Below the pieces are notes generated by a model. It saw nothing but the letters and a program-made list of their open reading frames with translations. It made no database searches and was not told where the DNA came from. A stretch of DNA of 64,000 nucleotides from the human T2T-CHM13v2.0 reference genome, Homo sapiens. The translations under genes and the position numbers were made by a program. Position 1 is the first letter of the stretch. Every line of letters begins with the position of its first letter. The stretch lies in the NCBI RefSeq assembly GCF_009914755.1, contig NC_060940.1; one strand, 5' to 3'. Positions 14,180-30,105 of this stretch are shown here, in pieces.

Positions 14180-14770
14180 ATTGGAAGAACAAGGGAGAAT
14201 TCCTGAACTGTGATGTTCAGGCCAAGTCTTGATAACAGAAGGGTATGGGAGGTGGGTCTTCCAGAGGAGGGGACAATGTGTGTGAAGGTTCGGAGGCCAG
14301 GGAGAGCAGGGGCACCCCAGAAATTGCAAGGACTTCCCTCTGTGGGAATGTGACTATGAGGGGTTGGTGGCCAGATGGGAAGCCAGAAGGGAAGATGGCA
14401 AAGCAGATCCGAAGGGCTGGGAGGGTCACGATAAATAACTTGAATTCTATCCTAAGGCTATGGAGGAGAATTTATATGTTTCAAACATCACTTGGGCTGT
14501 GGGAATGGTCAGAGGGGCCAGAGGTAGAGGACAAGTAGAGGTCTATCAGGGGTATTGAAGTCATGTAGTTGAGAGGCGATGGCGGTTGGTCTATTGTAAG
14601 AGTAATGAGATAAGAAGGTGCTGGAGATGTTTTAGACGGAAAATGGAGAAAATTTGGCTACTGGTCTGGGCATGTGTGTGTCTGGATGGGCATGAAAGAC
14701 AGGCAGGAACCCAGCATAATTTCCAAATTTCTAGAATGGACAACTGCATAGAGAATGCTGCCATTTAGCG
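14180..14770 (-). mobile_element. L2 fragment
   Basis: TGTGTGAAGG...GAATTCTATCCTAAG...GATGGCGGTTGG...ATGCTGCCATTTA. Confidence 0.65.
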
Positions 14771-15419
14771 AGTTCAGCAAATGTTCAACTTGCAGGGATT
14801 TCTGAGGGATGCTGAAAATGAAGGCATTTTTCCAAACCTCTGTGTCAAGACACCCAGATTCTGAGGAGGGAAAGAATAACTGAAATCAAATTCCTCCTAG
14901 AAATTTTGATGAGCCCCTTGGGTTGCAGAGTTGGGAAAACTGCATTCCTTCTCTTGGCCTCAAAAATTTTTTCCATTTGCAAAATGAAATAGTAATTCTT
15001 ACTTTTATAAGGGTGCTGACAATAAAATGCGATGATAGATGCAAAGGCGTTTTGCAAGTAAGGCATTCAATTATTGTTATTGTGATGCTTATCGGAATGG
15101 GTTTGGAAAGTTCTCATCATTGTTATCGAAAATCAAGCTCGAGGCTCTGGGCTAGTGGGTTATGTAATTATTCCAAAAATCTTTGCAGCAGAAACAAAAA
15201 ATCCTGAGTCCTGGAAGCTTATGACAGTCCTAGATGCATTCAACCCATTCATTCATACATTTGTTCATTCACTCAGTTGTTCAACATTTATTGAGCACCT
15301 ACTACGTGCCAGGCATTGTGTTCAATGCTGGCAGACTACAGAAACAAAATCTATTTTCTGTTAACAAGAAGTAGGAAGGACATGTCCCTGAATAACTCCA
15401 ATCACATATATTTTATTAC

Positions 15420-15736
15420 ATTTAAAATTATTTTTAAAGACAGGGTCTCACTGTGTCACCCAGGCTAGAGTGCCGTGATGCAGTCATGGCTCACTGCAAC
15501 CTAGAACTCCGGTGCTCAAACAATCCTCCCACCTCAGCCTCCCAAGTAGCTGGGTCTACAGGCATGTGCCACCATGCTGGGCTATTTTTTATTAATTTTA
15601 ACTTAATTTTTTTTTTTTTGAGACAGGATGTCACTATGTTGCCCAGGCTGGTCTCAAACTGCTGGCCTCAAGTGATCCTTCCACCTCAGCCTCCTAGTAT
15701 TGGGATTACAGGTGTGCCCAGCCATTGTGCCCAGCC
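15420..15736 (-). mobile_element. AluJ
   Basis: GACAGGGTCTCACTGTGTCACCCAGGCT...GTCATGGCTCACTGC. Confidence 0.88.
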
Positions 15737-16139
15737 ATATATATTTTACAAGTTTATGACCATCTATAGAGTTGTATACACTTTATTCAGTGCTTAGGAA
15801 ACAGCAACCCTCTATAATGAGCACCATTCTCCCTGTGTTGTTGACATAAAGACTGAAGCATAGAAAGATGAACTGCCTTGACCATAGTTTACTAGCCAGG
15901 CAATCCAAGACTCAAATCCTGGACTTCTTAATCCCAGTCCAATGCCAATGGTGGGTGTCTTAAAATAATAACACCCGCTAAGGAACAGGAACACCCACAT
16001 GGGAATGTTTCCTATGTGCAAGGTACTGTGCTGAGTGGGAATATATTATTTTAGTCAATTCTCCTGATACTAAAAAGGTTAATATTATCTCTAGAAGCAG
16101 AGAAACAGAAAATATATGCGTGCACACACACACACAAAC

Positions 16140-16300
16140 AATTGATTGAGCACTTACGACATGCCAAGTACTTTACATGAATTACATCATTTAATCTTCA
16201 TAACAACCCTAGGAAGTTGGCACTGTTATCATCTCTCTACTGTGGATGGGAGCCCTGATGTTCAGAGAGGTTAAGTAACTTGCCTGAGGTCACACAGCGA
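16140..16300 (-). mobile_element. MIR
   Basis: ATTGAGCACTTAC...CATTTAATCTTCATAACAACCCT...AGAGAGGTTAAGTAACTTGCCTGAGGTCACACAGC. Confidence 0.85.
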
Positions 16301-16524
16301 GATATACAAATAAAGTGCACAGAGAATTCAGAAGCCAGCCATTTAATGATTGACCTGGAAGGGTAGGGGAAAGCTTCCAAATCCACAGAAGTGAATATGC
16401 CTCTGGTGGTTGCTAGTAAGAGAAAAATGAAATATCTATATCAAGTGTGTGACACTGGGCAGGACTGAACTGGAGTCAGTTTCAAAGGGTTAGGGTAAAT
16501 GTTGGGGTAAATGTTTCAAAATCC

Positions 16525-17062
16525 TTGTGTCTTCCCATGTTCCTCCCTCTGTACCTAGTCTGTATCTATTTATGTCCTAATTTCCACTTTCAACAAAGAG
16601 CAAATCATATTGGATTAGGGCCCACCCTAATTAACTTATTTTAACTTAATTACTTTTTTTTTCTTTTTTTTTTTTGAGACAGGGTCTCTCTCTATTACCC
16701 AGGCTGGAGTACAGTGGCGCTATCTTGGCTCACTGCAGACTGGACCTCCAGGTTCAAGCTATCCTCCCACCTCAGCCTCCTGAGTTGGGACCACAGGTGC
16801 ACCTCCATGCCTGGCTATTTTTTATTATTATTTGTTGTAGAGATGGGGTTTCCCTATGTTGTCCAGGTTGGTCTTGAACTCCTGGGCTCAAGCGATCTTC
16901 CTGCCTCGGCTTCCCAATATGCTGGGATTACAGGAGTAAGCCACCATGACCAGCTTAATTATCTCTTTAAAGGGCTATCCCTAAATACAGCTGCATTTTG
17001 AGATACTTGGAATTAAGGCTTCAATATATAAATTTTGGGGAGACACAATTCAGTCTGTGACA
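16525..17062 (-). mobile_element. MLT1A/B-type LTR part, split by AluJ
   Basis: CATATTGGATTAGGGCCCACCCTAAT...GGGGAGACACAATTCAGTCTGTGACA. Confidence 0.8.
16654..16954 (-). mobile_element. AluJ
   Basis: Antisense dimer; TSD core CTTAATTA. Confidence 0.88.
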
Positions 17063-17734
17063 GTATTTCTTCATTACATTACACAGCCAAGTTTATGATT
17101 TGTCTCTTTATAAGGGTAGCACTCTATGATTATTTCACTGTTGACTTAATATAGATATGTAGATTTTTTTCTTTAGAATCAATACAGTTGTCAACACACA
17201 TATTTCAAAGTCCAGACTTTGGTCTTTCCCCAGCATCTGAAAATGGCAACATTCTCCTTTCCCCACATCCAGAAACCCAAGAACCCTCCTGTTCCCCGTT
17301 GGCTTCCAGAGTACCTTGGGGCAGCCGTAGTCCTCTCCTGACAAAATGGAACTGTCAGTGTTTCATGCGCAGAGCCAGTTCTCTGTTGTGAAAGTGAGAA
17401 AGTGTTATTTAATTTCATCAACCCTCCGTTCCCTCCGTGGTAAAATGGGCTTAATAATATTTATGACTATTATATTAATCATATAAATATGATTATTATG
17501 AGGAACAGCTGAGATCAAGCCTATGCAGGCCTTATCCCAATGCCTGGCACACACAGCAAGCACTCAGAAATGGTGGATATTATTATGGGCTGGACCTCAT
17601 AGGTTCACACCCCGTGTGATATCCTTTATGGCAGTTTTAAAGCTAAAAGCATTCATGTGGAATATCTGATTTCCAAGTCCCTGGAGCAGCCAAGTCCGTT
17701 TTATGAGTGGGGATGTGGAATTGGATTCCCCAGA

Positions 17735-18750
17735 AGCTGACTGTAATGCTAGCTGTTGTAACAAACACACCCATACATCCATCCAGTAGCTTCACACTAC
17801 AAAAGCTTGCTTCTTGCTTATGTAATGGTTCCATGTGGGTGTTCCTGGTCACTGGGGTAGTTGTTCACAGGATGAGTACAAGACCCAGATTCTTTCCAGT
17901 CTATGGCCTTTCTCTCTTCTCTGGGGCCTTCGAATTTTCTTCATCTATCCAGAGGGAGCAAACATGGAGAAGTAGCGAGGGAGGTCTTTGTGGGCAAGAC
18001 GTAGAAGTGGCTTGTATCAAAATATGGAATGCCTAATTATTAGGCAAATGATAATAATTATTTATAATAATTATAAATTATATTTATATTATTATAATTA
18101 TTTATAATAATAATAATTATTTGCTCAAATGCCTATTAGTCAACAGGTGGATAAAGAAAATGTGATATATATATATATAAAATGGAATACTACTCAGCCA
18201 TATAAAGGAATGAAATAATGGCATTTGCAGCAACCTGGATGGAATTGGAGACCATTATTCTAAGTGAAGTAACTCAGAAATGAAAAAGCAAACATCGTAT
18301 TTTCTCGCTCATAAGTGGGAGCTAACCTAGGAGGATGCAAAGGCATAAGAATGATAGAGTGGACTTTGGGGACCTGGAGGGGTAAGGGTGGGAGGGGCTG
18401 AGGGATAAAGGGATAAAGGACTACACATTGCGTATAGTGTATACTGCTCGGGTGATGGGTGCACCAAAATCTCAGAAATCACCACTAAAGAACTTACTCA
18501 TGTAACCAAACACCATCTGTTCCCCCAAAAACCTATTGAAATAATAATAATAAAAAATAATTAATAAAATCCCAATAATAAGGCAAAAAAAAAAAAAGAA
18601 GTGGCTTGCATCGTGTCTCTCCACATCCATTGCCTGGATTTCGCTTACGTGGCCACATATAACTGCAAGGGAGGCTGGGAAATGTGGTCCAACTATGTGC
18701 CCAACAAGAGGGAACAGGTTGGGTAAGCAACTAGCCAGTATCTGCCTCAT
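17735..18750 (-). mobile_element. MLT1 (J/K/L-like) LTR split by an L1
   Basis: CTAGCTGTTGTAACAAAC... and CATATAACTGCAAGGGAGGCTGGGAAATGTGGTC. Confidence 0.75.
18019..18596 (+). mobile_element. L1PB-like 3' end with poly(A) and 16-bp TSD
   Basis: GGTGATGGGTGCACCAAAATCTCAGAAATCACCACTAAAGAACTT; TSD AGAAGTGGCTTGTATC / AGAAGTGGCTTGCATC. Confidence 0.9.
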
Positions 18751-19009
18751 TGATCACGTCAATGGGTTTTCAAATTTGGTCAGGTAGCCCTGAAAAAATT
18801 TACCATTCCTCTTCTGATTGGTTTGGGAAGAAGATCTGGAGAAAGAGCAATTTTAGAAACTTCTATAAAGAATGGAAATCATCTTGTTGAGAGCCTAAGA
18901 CATGCAGAGGCTGCCCGATTCTCTGCTTCTGTTGTCTTGTTTAATCTTCATAGCAAATACACGACAGCAATTTTATTATTTCCATGGAGCAAACCTTGAG
19001 TATCTAGCT

Positions 19010-19220
19010 ACCATTTATTGAAGGCCTACTGTGTGCTAGAAACCTTGCTTTACATGTGTGATCTCGTTTTGGCCTCACAAAGCCCTGCCAGGTAGGTATC
19101 ACTTTGTACCATTTTGCAGCAAGGAAATTGAGGCCCAGATGTGTAAAGTGACTTACCCAAGGACACACAGTTAGTATGTGGCTGAACGGGGTCTTGGGAT
19201 TGACCTTGGACTGACCCTAA
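19010..19220 (-). mobile_element. MIR
   Basis: CCATTTATTG...GGAAATTGAGGCCCAGA...GTGACTTACCCAAGG. Confidence 0.8.
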
Positions 19221-19829
19221 AGTACTAGCTCTTTCCACTGGGGTTTGGGAAGAAGTCCTAAGCTAGGATTCCTGTAAACACAGGATTAATTTCATCTCAA
19301 ATTCCCCCATCCCCTGTCTGCCCTCTGCTGAAGTCGGGACCTCTCTGTAGCAGACAGGAATTTCCAGTGGCCAGGGAGGGATGGAATGGTTGAGGTCTTT
19401 CTCTACAAGCCTCTGCTTCTCCATTCATGCTTTTTCCTAATCCAACTTCCGCTACATGCCAAGCGGTGACTAAGCCATTGACTCACTTCTTTTATGGGCC
19501 CGAGCAGTCCAGCTCAGATGAAATGTGCCAGCTCTTGGACGTCAGCCACCCCCTGGCATCTAGGCCTGATGCTCAGCGTACACCTTTGAGCGTTTGAGGT
19601 GCAGACATCTAGAAACTCCACTGTGGAGTGATTTTCCATGCCTGACACAATTGGTGCTTGCCGGTGCCTTTTGCAGGCCATTGTATTGGCAAATGTACTC
19701 ATTTCAAACCTCAGTTTAGTCTCTAAACAGATACTTTAGGCAACAGAGATTCTTAGGCTGTTTTGGGGTTTTTTTTTGCAGTTTTTAATTCCGTCTTAAT
19801 ATTACTAATTCTAATAATAATACTAATAT

Positions 19830-20010
19830 AACAATAGCTAATGTTTATTAAGTAGTTACTAGGTGTCAGGCTTGTATATGCTCGTGCTGGTCATTCTTCC
19901 ACTTATCTGCACAGCCGCTCTCTGAGGTGGTACAAATATTATCCACATTTTAAAGAGGAGGAGGCTCAGTGTCAGGGAATTTAAATAATGTGTCCAAGGT
20001 TATTCAGTTC
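19830..20010 (-). mobile_element. MIR
   Basis: AATAGCTAATGTTTATT...CATTTTAAAGAGGAGGAGGCTCAG. Confidence 0.7.
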
Positions 20011-20156
20011 TGCAGCTCACTCTTTACCAAAAGACCCAAACTGAAGGACATTTGGGGTTTTATTATTTTATTGTCTGCTTCTTGAAAGACAATTCATGGG
20101 GAAACACAGTCAGCCTTGGAGATGAGTTTGACTTGAATGTACGAATAGTTACCAGA

Positions 20157-20710
20157 TGTATTAGTTATCGACGCCTGCATAACAAAGTATCCACAAACTT
20201 TGCAGCTTAAAAAAACAAACATGTATTATTTGGCAGTTTCTGTGGGTTGGGAAACTGGAATTCTTTAGCTGGTGATTCTGGCTTAAGGTCTCTTGAGACC
20301 TTAAGACTCCAAAGCTTTCTAGTTGTGTGACTTTGGTGCCTGGGGCTGCAGTCCACTGAAGGCTTGAGTGGGGAAGATCTGCTTCCATGCTCACTTACGT
20401 GCTTGTTGGTGGGCTCAGTTCGGCACTGGCTGGTGATTGGAGGCCCCAGTTCTTTACCATGTGGGCCTCCCCGTAGGGTGCCCAGTTGTCCTAAGGCTGG
20501 GCGCTGGACACCCCCAGAGTGAGTGATCCAAGAGAGGGAGCAAGCCCAAGACCAAAGGCACAAGTGTTTTTTAGAACCTAATCTCGGTGTAACTTGCCAT
20601 CACTTCTGCCACATTCTATTGGTTACCCGGACCAACCCTAGCACAATATGAGAGAGGACTATAGAAGGGTGTGAGTATTAGAAGGCGGAGCTCACTGGGG
20701 GCCACCCGAA
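20157..20710 (-). mobile_element. MLT1F-like solo LTR
   Basis: TGTATTAGTTATC...GGGCTGCAGTC...CATGTGGGCCTC...CCATCACTTCTGCCACATTCTATTGG. Confidence 0.85.
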
Positions 20711-21586
20711 GCAACTCTTATCTGGATCCCATCCCCTTTCCTTAGGGACTTGACTCTATCAATTACTCTTCATCCCCAACCCTCTGGGAATGTCATGGTT
20801 GTTTTGCACCCCAGTGCAGAGGATGTGATAGTGTTTGGGAATGACCTTTATCCTGGACAACACATCCTGAAGCTTCCCTTTGTGGAGGCCCTGAGTTTAG
20901 AGGCAGGGAGATAAAGCATGATAATGGTCTGGGAATGTGGTGATCCCATTTTACAGAATAAAGACATGCCTACTCAGCAGGGTCCCCAGAGTTGGAAGGG
21001 AGGAGAACCCAGAGTTTCAGAGTTTTCCTTTTAAACAAGATGCAAACGAGGGCTTTCATCTCCTCTTTTTGTGCCCCTGGGCAGAAAGTTGTACCTCCAA
21101 TGAGAAATGAGTTCTGCCTGGTGGAGGGAAACACTCCTTGGTTCTTTATTGAATCCAATCATTTACATCTCATTGAACCCAATCAAATTAGCCACTTATC
21201 ACATTAAAATGGCAAAAGAGAGATTGCGTCAAGCAGTGCTAATTCAATAGGAAAGAGGAGCTGACTGGGAGCACTATGTCATAGGATTCTGACACCCATT
21301 TTCAAGAGGTGGAAGTCTGATGTCCTCCTCTGCCCGTGATGGTCACAATGACCTTCCTCAGACAGCTTTGCTGGAAGGCATTGCCAAGGAAGGGAAAATA
21401 GGAGTCCTCGGCCCTGCAGAGGCTTAGGGTGGGAAGGGGAGGACAAAGGGAAGGGTAGTATGGCAGCCTGGGGGAGAGCTGTGATTTCAAGATACAGTGG
21501 TGTTTAAAGGCTTGAGATTTGGAGTCAGGGAGACTCCAGAGCTTTCTAGCTTTGTGACTTTGGGCAAGTTTACTTGACCTATCTGA

Positions 21587-22024
<438 letters not shown>

Positions 22025-22399
22025 TAATCTCATTACATCAAGGAACAAGTTTCCGTTTCATACCAGGCTGTTTGTAACACTTCTTTAATACTGGCAAATG
22101 CTCTCTGATCCTTTTGTGGGTGCCAGGGTGTTAAGGTTGGATGAGTTGGAATTATCCAGGCTTACACTTGAGTCCCTCTTGCCTTTCTTACTATCTGTGT
22201 GATCTTGGATAACATAGCCCCACACTCTGAGTATCAGTTGTAAAATGGGAATAATAATGATAATAATAAATGATACCTTCCCATTGGTTTGTCATCGAGC
22301 ATAAATGAGTTCATGAATCTGAAATGCTTAGTAGAGGGCCTAGCTCATAGCAAACAGTAAATGCTAGTTCATATTATTAGGACTCATTTCAGCCTCTTC

Positions 22400-22790
22400 T
22401 CTGCCATCTTCTCTTCCACACCCTCATGCCCTCCACACTGCAACCATTTAGAACAATGTTCCCATCCTGACTATGACACGCTTTCTCTTGCCTCAGGGCC
22501 TTTGCACACACTTTCCTTCTGACTGGAAGGTTCTCTCAGACTCTTTCCTGACTGATCCTGCTCATCTTCCAGGCCTCAGCTGATGTATTTTTTTCTTCCA
22601 GGAAGTCTGCATTGACTTATATTTCCCTTTCCTGTGGTTCTTCTCTATTAGGATGTTTTGGGATGTGTTTCTCCTCTCTTCTGGAAAGCCTAAGAGCTTC
22701 ATGAGGGGCAGAGTTCCTTCCCTAATCTGCTTTGTTTATTCTTGTCCCCCCAGCACCTAGTACAGACTCTGACACTTGCTGATGGCTGCC
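22400..22790 (+). mobile_element. L2 3' fragment (a MIR lies at ~22130-22370)
   Basis: CCTCAGGGCCTTTGCACAC...CATGAGGGGCAGAG...CCCAGCACCTAGTACAG. Confidence 0.75.
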
Positions 22791-22860
22791 TGGGAGCTCA
22801 GCAGGGGCCTGATATCATTCTATGCATTTTACGTATATGGACTCATTTAATCCTCATAGC

Positions 22861-23386
22861 TGAAGCCGTCCTCACAGGGCTAACAAGAATTCTGGACAGA
22901 AGTATGGTTGTAATTAAGCATTAATCAGGCTGCAATCTGCCTCACTTTCTTGTAACCGAAAGTCACATAGCACTGGAAACTGAGAATTGCATTCCCTTTG
23001 TTCCTACAGATAAGATTTCTGACATTAGAATCATAGGCTTTTGGTTAAGGATTGCTTATGATGTTTTTCACAACTCAAATTCCAGGGAAACAGCCGACAC
23101 TAACCAATTTGAAGACCCCCACAGAGAAACAGAGCAGTTTCTTCATCTCCCAGCCCTGTGACTTCACTGTGCACTCTTTGAACAATTCAGTGATCTCCAC
23201 TCTTTGTCCCACTTCAAAATCCTTAAAAACTCTAACCCCAAACACATCAGGGAGACGGATTTGAGATTTCCTCCCACCTCCTTGTTTGATAGCCCTACCA
23301 TTAAACCTCTTTCTCTGTTGCAACCCGGTGGCTTTGTGAATTGACTTGCCATGCACATTGGATAATGGACCTATTAAGATTCCACA
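22861..23386 (+). mobile_element. ERV1 solo LTR (LTR26-like)
   Basis: TGAAGCCGTCCTCACAGGGCTAACAAGAATTCTGGACAGAA...AATTAAGCATTAATCAGGCTGCA; homologous to the antisense copy at 44355-44854. Confidence 0.8.
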
Positions 23387-23399
23387 ACTTACTGAGATA

Positions 23400-24305
<906 letters not shown>

Positions 24306-24449
24306 TACTGATTTTATTTTTATCCCATTTTACAGAGGAGGAAATTGAGGCAGTGAGTATATCAATTGCTTAAGGCCAAAAAGTTACTAAATGACAGAGC
24401 CCTATGTGGATCAAGATTCCATAGGTTCAGAGTCCAAGCAATTTTTTCC

Positions 24450-25490
24450 TCCTCTCTGTTAAGGAAAGTTTCAAATATAAATGAAATTAGCAAGAATAGA
24501 ATAATACACACTCCCAGATTCATCACTCAGCTCCAGCAATGACCAATATTATTTTATCGTTTTTCTACATTTTAAACATTTGTGATGGAATATTTTAAAG
24601 CAAACCGAAGACATCTTGTCATCTCACTTATCTATACATCAATTTGTATCTCTCACTTATGTGAACATTAAAAAGATTACCACATGAGTTTCAAACTTCA
24701 GCAAAAGTAGAAAAAATAATATAACAATTCCCTCTCATACCTCTCATCAGCTTCAACAGTTATTGGCTCATAGGTTGTCTTATTGCATTAAACCCTCATC
24801 TGTATTCTCCTTCTTCTCCCCTGCCAATCATTGTGAAGCAAATCTCAGGCATTTTGTCATTTTATCTGTAAATATTTCAGCATGTATCAGTAAAAGTTAA
24901 GGAGTCTTGTAAAACAACATAGCCATAACACCATTATTACACTTAAACATTTTATAGTCATTTCCTTTTCTATCATTAAATATTCAGTTGACATTCACAT
25001 TTCCCCAATTGTCTCCTATTGTTTTATAGTTTCTACTTCTCTCTCCCTCTCATTCTTTCTCCCTCTCTCTCTGGCTCTCTCTCCCTCTGTCTGTCTGCCT
25101 TCCTCCCTCTCCCTCCCTCCTCCACCTCTTTCTCTCTCTATCTCTCTCCTCCTCTTTCCCTTTTTTGTTTTACAGTCTGTTTGAATCAGCACACAAATGA
25201 CAACCATATGCTGCAATTGGTTGAGACATCTATAATGTGTTTTAATCCACAGATTCTCTGTCTGTCTCTCTCTTCTTTTCTCTTGCAATTTATCTGTTAG
25301 AGAAACCAAGCCATCAAGGCCGTATTTTACATAATTTCCACGCCATTATCACTCTTACAAAATTAACAGTAATCTTTAGCATCATCTAACACCCGCCTGT
25401 ATTCACATGTCCTTGGTTGTCTTGAGCATGTCTTTGGATTTTTTTTTCAAATCAAGATCCACGTGAGTCCCCCATTGTGTTTAGTGGCTG
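24450..25490 (-). mobile_element. Cluster of ancient L1MC/ME 3' fragments with a CT-rich tract (~25040-25165)
   Basis: Recurrent TTTTAAAGCAAA...ACAT...TCAT motifs typical of old L1 3' UTRs. Confidence 0.6.
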
Positions 25491-25857
25491 TATGATGGTT
25501 CTGAGGTCTCTTCTGCCCCACGTCAGGTCCTCGTCTCCATTTGTCAGGTCATTGCTGTGTCCTGCAGAATGCTCCACAGCCTAGGTCCTAAAGCCCATAT
25601 GGTAAATCGCTGGGCTCTGCTTTGTTTCCTGGCTAGTAATCTATAAATAATTGTTGCAGGAATGAATGAATACATAGAAAGAAGCAGTTGAGAGGGTAAG
25701 GGGTCCTAATGCTCTTGGAACATTGCCTGAAGTCATTTCTTTGCTCTAGACTAGATGAATGATTTGTGTGTGTGTGTGTGCGTGCGTGCACACACAGCAA
25801 AATGGATTCTTACACAGAAACCTGCACAAATAAAGACAATGAAAAACAAATGTTTAA

Positions 25858-26097
25858 GGCTGGGTACAGTGGCTCATGCCTATAATCCCAGCACTTTGGG
25901 AAGCTGACGTGGGAAGACCACTTGAGACCAGGAGTTGGAGACCAGCCTGGCAGCATAGTGAAACCTTGTCTCTACCAAAAAAAAATTGCTGGTCATGGTG
26001 GCATGTGCTCGTAGTCCCAGTTACTTGGGAGGCTGAAGCAAGAGGATTGCTTGAACTCAGGTGTTCGAGGCTGCAGTGAACCATGATCACACCAAAA
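25858..26097 (+). mobile_element. AluJ, 3'-incomplete; followed by a MIR (~26100-26340, +)
   Basis: GGCTGGGTACAGTGGCTCATG...GAGGCTGCAGTGAACCATGATCACACCA. Confidence 0.85.
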
Positions 26098-26635
26098 CAC
26101 CCGAGTGGTTACGACCCCGAGTTCTGACTCCACACTGCCTGGGTTAGAATCCTGGCTTTGCTGCTGACAAGCTGGGTGGCTTTGGACATGTTACCTAACT
26201 TCTCTGTGCCTTGGTTCCCTTTTCTGTAAAGGGGTATTTACAATAGTACCTACCTCTTGGGAGTGTCGTAAGGATGTAATGTGTTGATTCATGCAAAGTG
26301 CTTAGAACTGTGCCTGGCATGATGTAAGTCCTCAACAAACGTTGGCTCCCATGACAATAATTAATGTTATTAAGAGGGAGCATGAGGGACACCTGATAGG
26401 GCCTGTGGATCTTCTTCTAGAGTTCTACAGAGCACAGTTTGATAACCTGTGGCCTAGATGATACCTGAAGACTTGTCCCTTTGCTTTCACTTTATTTTGG
26501 GCTCATTCCAGCTACTAGATCCATCCATTCCCCCATCCTATAGTTATCTGTGTTTAGGAGGTCACTAGGTGGGCAGGAAACCGAGAAGTCCCATTCCTTG
26601 GCCTGGCCTGATTAAGTCAGAAAATACCTGCAACC

Positions 26636-26917
26636 GGCCGGGCGCGGTGGCTCACGCCTGTAATCCCAGCACTTTGGGAGGCCGAGGCGGGCGGATCACG
26701 AGGTCAGGAGATCGAGACCATCCTGGCTAACACGGTGAAACCCCGTCTCTACTAAAAATACAAAAAATTAGCCGGGCGAGGTGGCGGGCGCCTGTAGTCC
26801 CAGCTACTCGGGAGGCTGAGGCAGGAGAATGGCGTGAACCCCAGGGGGCGGAGCCTGCAGTGAGCCGAGATTGCGCCACTGCACTCCAGCCTGGGCGACA
26901 GCGAGACTCCGTCTCAA

Positions 26918-26942
<25 letters not shown>
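26636..26942 (+). mobile_element. Young AluY (AluYe5-like)
   Basis: GGGCGAGGTGG, GAACCCCAGGGGGCGGAGCCTGCAG and GGCGACAGCGAGAC variants; CpGs largely intact; perfect 17-bp TSD AGAAAATACCTGCAACC. Confidence 0.95.
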
Positions 26943-26948
<6 letters not shown>

Positions 26949-27339
26949 TACCTGCAACCTCCTTTCGTGTTGTTCTCTACACCCTAGTCCCACCCCAGCC
27001 TTGCTCATGTTACTCCAGGGACCGTCTCACCAACATGAAATAACCTAGTGCCAATATCGTGTTTTGAAACCCAAACCCTGAAACCGATCGCCTGCAACTT
27101 GGCTGGCAAAACTAAGTACATCTGCTTTAGAGCAATTAAGAAATTGCAGCCCGGCAAAGGAAAACATGCTGTTGAAACAGGCTTCTGTGTGCCATTAAAT
27201 ATTCCCAGCCCACTAATGAAGTGTCACAACAGATCGGGAGGGAATCTTGGTTCATGAATCTGGAGGCTCAAAGCAAAACCAGCCGTTGGATACCCTGAGG
27301 CTTTTTTATTGATAGTGTAGTGGCAATGGTCAATGGCTT

Positions 27340-27560
27340 TTGAAGTCCTACTCTGTGCCAGGTACTGTGCTGCACTCAAATTCATATTTTCTGTTATTTG
27401 ATCTTCACAGCTCCTCTGGGAGACAGGTTGAATCGTTCCCATTTTGCACATGAGGAAAATGAGGCTTAGAGAGGCTAAATCATTTGTGCAAGATTTCTAC
27501 AGGCGCAGAGCTGGGATTGAAACCCATTTCTGTTCAGAGCTCTTAACCCTGCCACTAAGC
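27340..27560 (-). mobile_element. MIR
   Basis: CCCATTTTGCACATGAGGAAAATGAGGCTTAGAGAGG. Confidence 0.8.
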
Positions 27561-28069
27561 ATCCTCTTGGTCAGGAAACATGTCATTTTATAGGATGCCT
27601 TAGACATCAAGCTCAGAGCTCTTGGTCAGCTGTGATTAGAAAGTGTTAGTTCTCTCCCTGTGATAGGACATGCCTGTGTCTTACAAACTGCTTTAGTTCC
27701 AAAGATAAAGTCAATACACTGCAAAACAGCATTGCAGATTTATAGAGGGAAAAATTTATGCCAATTTGATGGTTAATGTCTCAAGATGTTTCTATAGAGA
27801 CAAGTTTTATATATATATGTATATATACATATATATATATATACACACACATACACATACATCCACATTAGCAGCCTTGAAATATATGCTTTTGTTTTAA
27901 ATTCCTTTTTCAGTACCCAGGTTCTTGTTGGTTTGCTATCCTAAATGTATAGGTCTGACCTCTTTCACCCCAGCCATGATTTCTTCTCTGACATCCAATT
28001 TTTTCTCATACCAGAGTTTTCTCCTGATTTCAGCACGTTCTGGAAAGTAGTGTATATTCAACACACTCT

Positions 28070-28096
28070 TTGTCTCTCTCTCTCTGTCTCTCGCTT

Positions 28097-28153
<57 letters not shown>

Positions 28154-28162
28154 TACACATAC
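28070..28162. repeat. (CT)n(CA)n microsatellite
   Basis: Read directly from the sequence. Confidence 0.9.
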
Positions 28163-28433
28163 TTGACCACTCCCAGCCTGTAGTACCAGGGTGAGCTTAC
28201 ACATCTTTGACTAATTAGTTGGCAGAATTTAAGCAGTGTATTGGAATTTTGCCTGGGCTAGTAAGCCAGAATAATACATTTTTGCTTGAACTTGGCTCTT
28301 AGGAAAATAATTTCTCTGTGTGCCTGGGACAGGGGCTGGGCAGGCAATGAGAGATCTGAAAGTGCAGTGGGCATCTGTTAGATAGGAGGTGCAATCTTTT
28401 TACCTGCAGAGATCCTTTGGGGTTTTAAAGTTA

Positions 28434-28899
<466 letters not shown>

Positions 28900-28939
28900 T
28901 TAAAGGTTGGACGACTTGCTCAGCCCAAACTTTGAAGTC

Positions 28940-30105
<1,166 letters not shown>

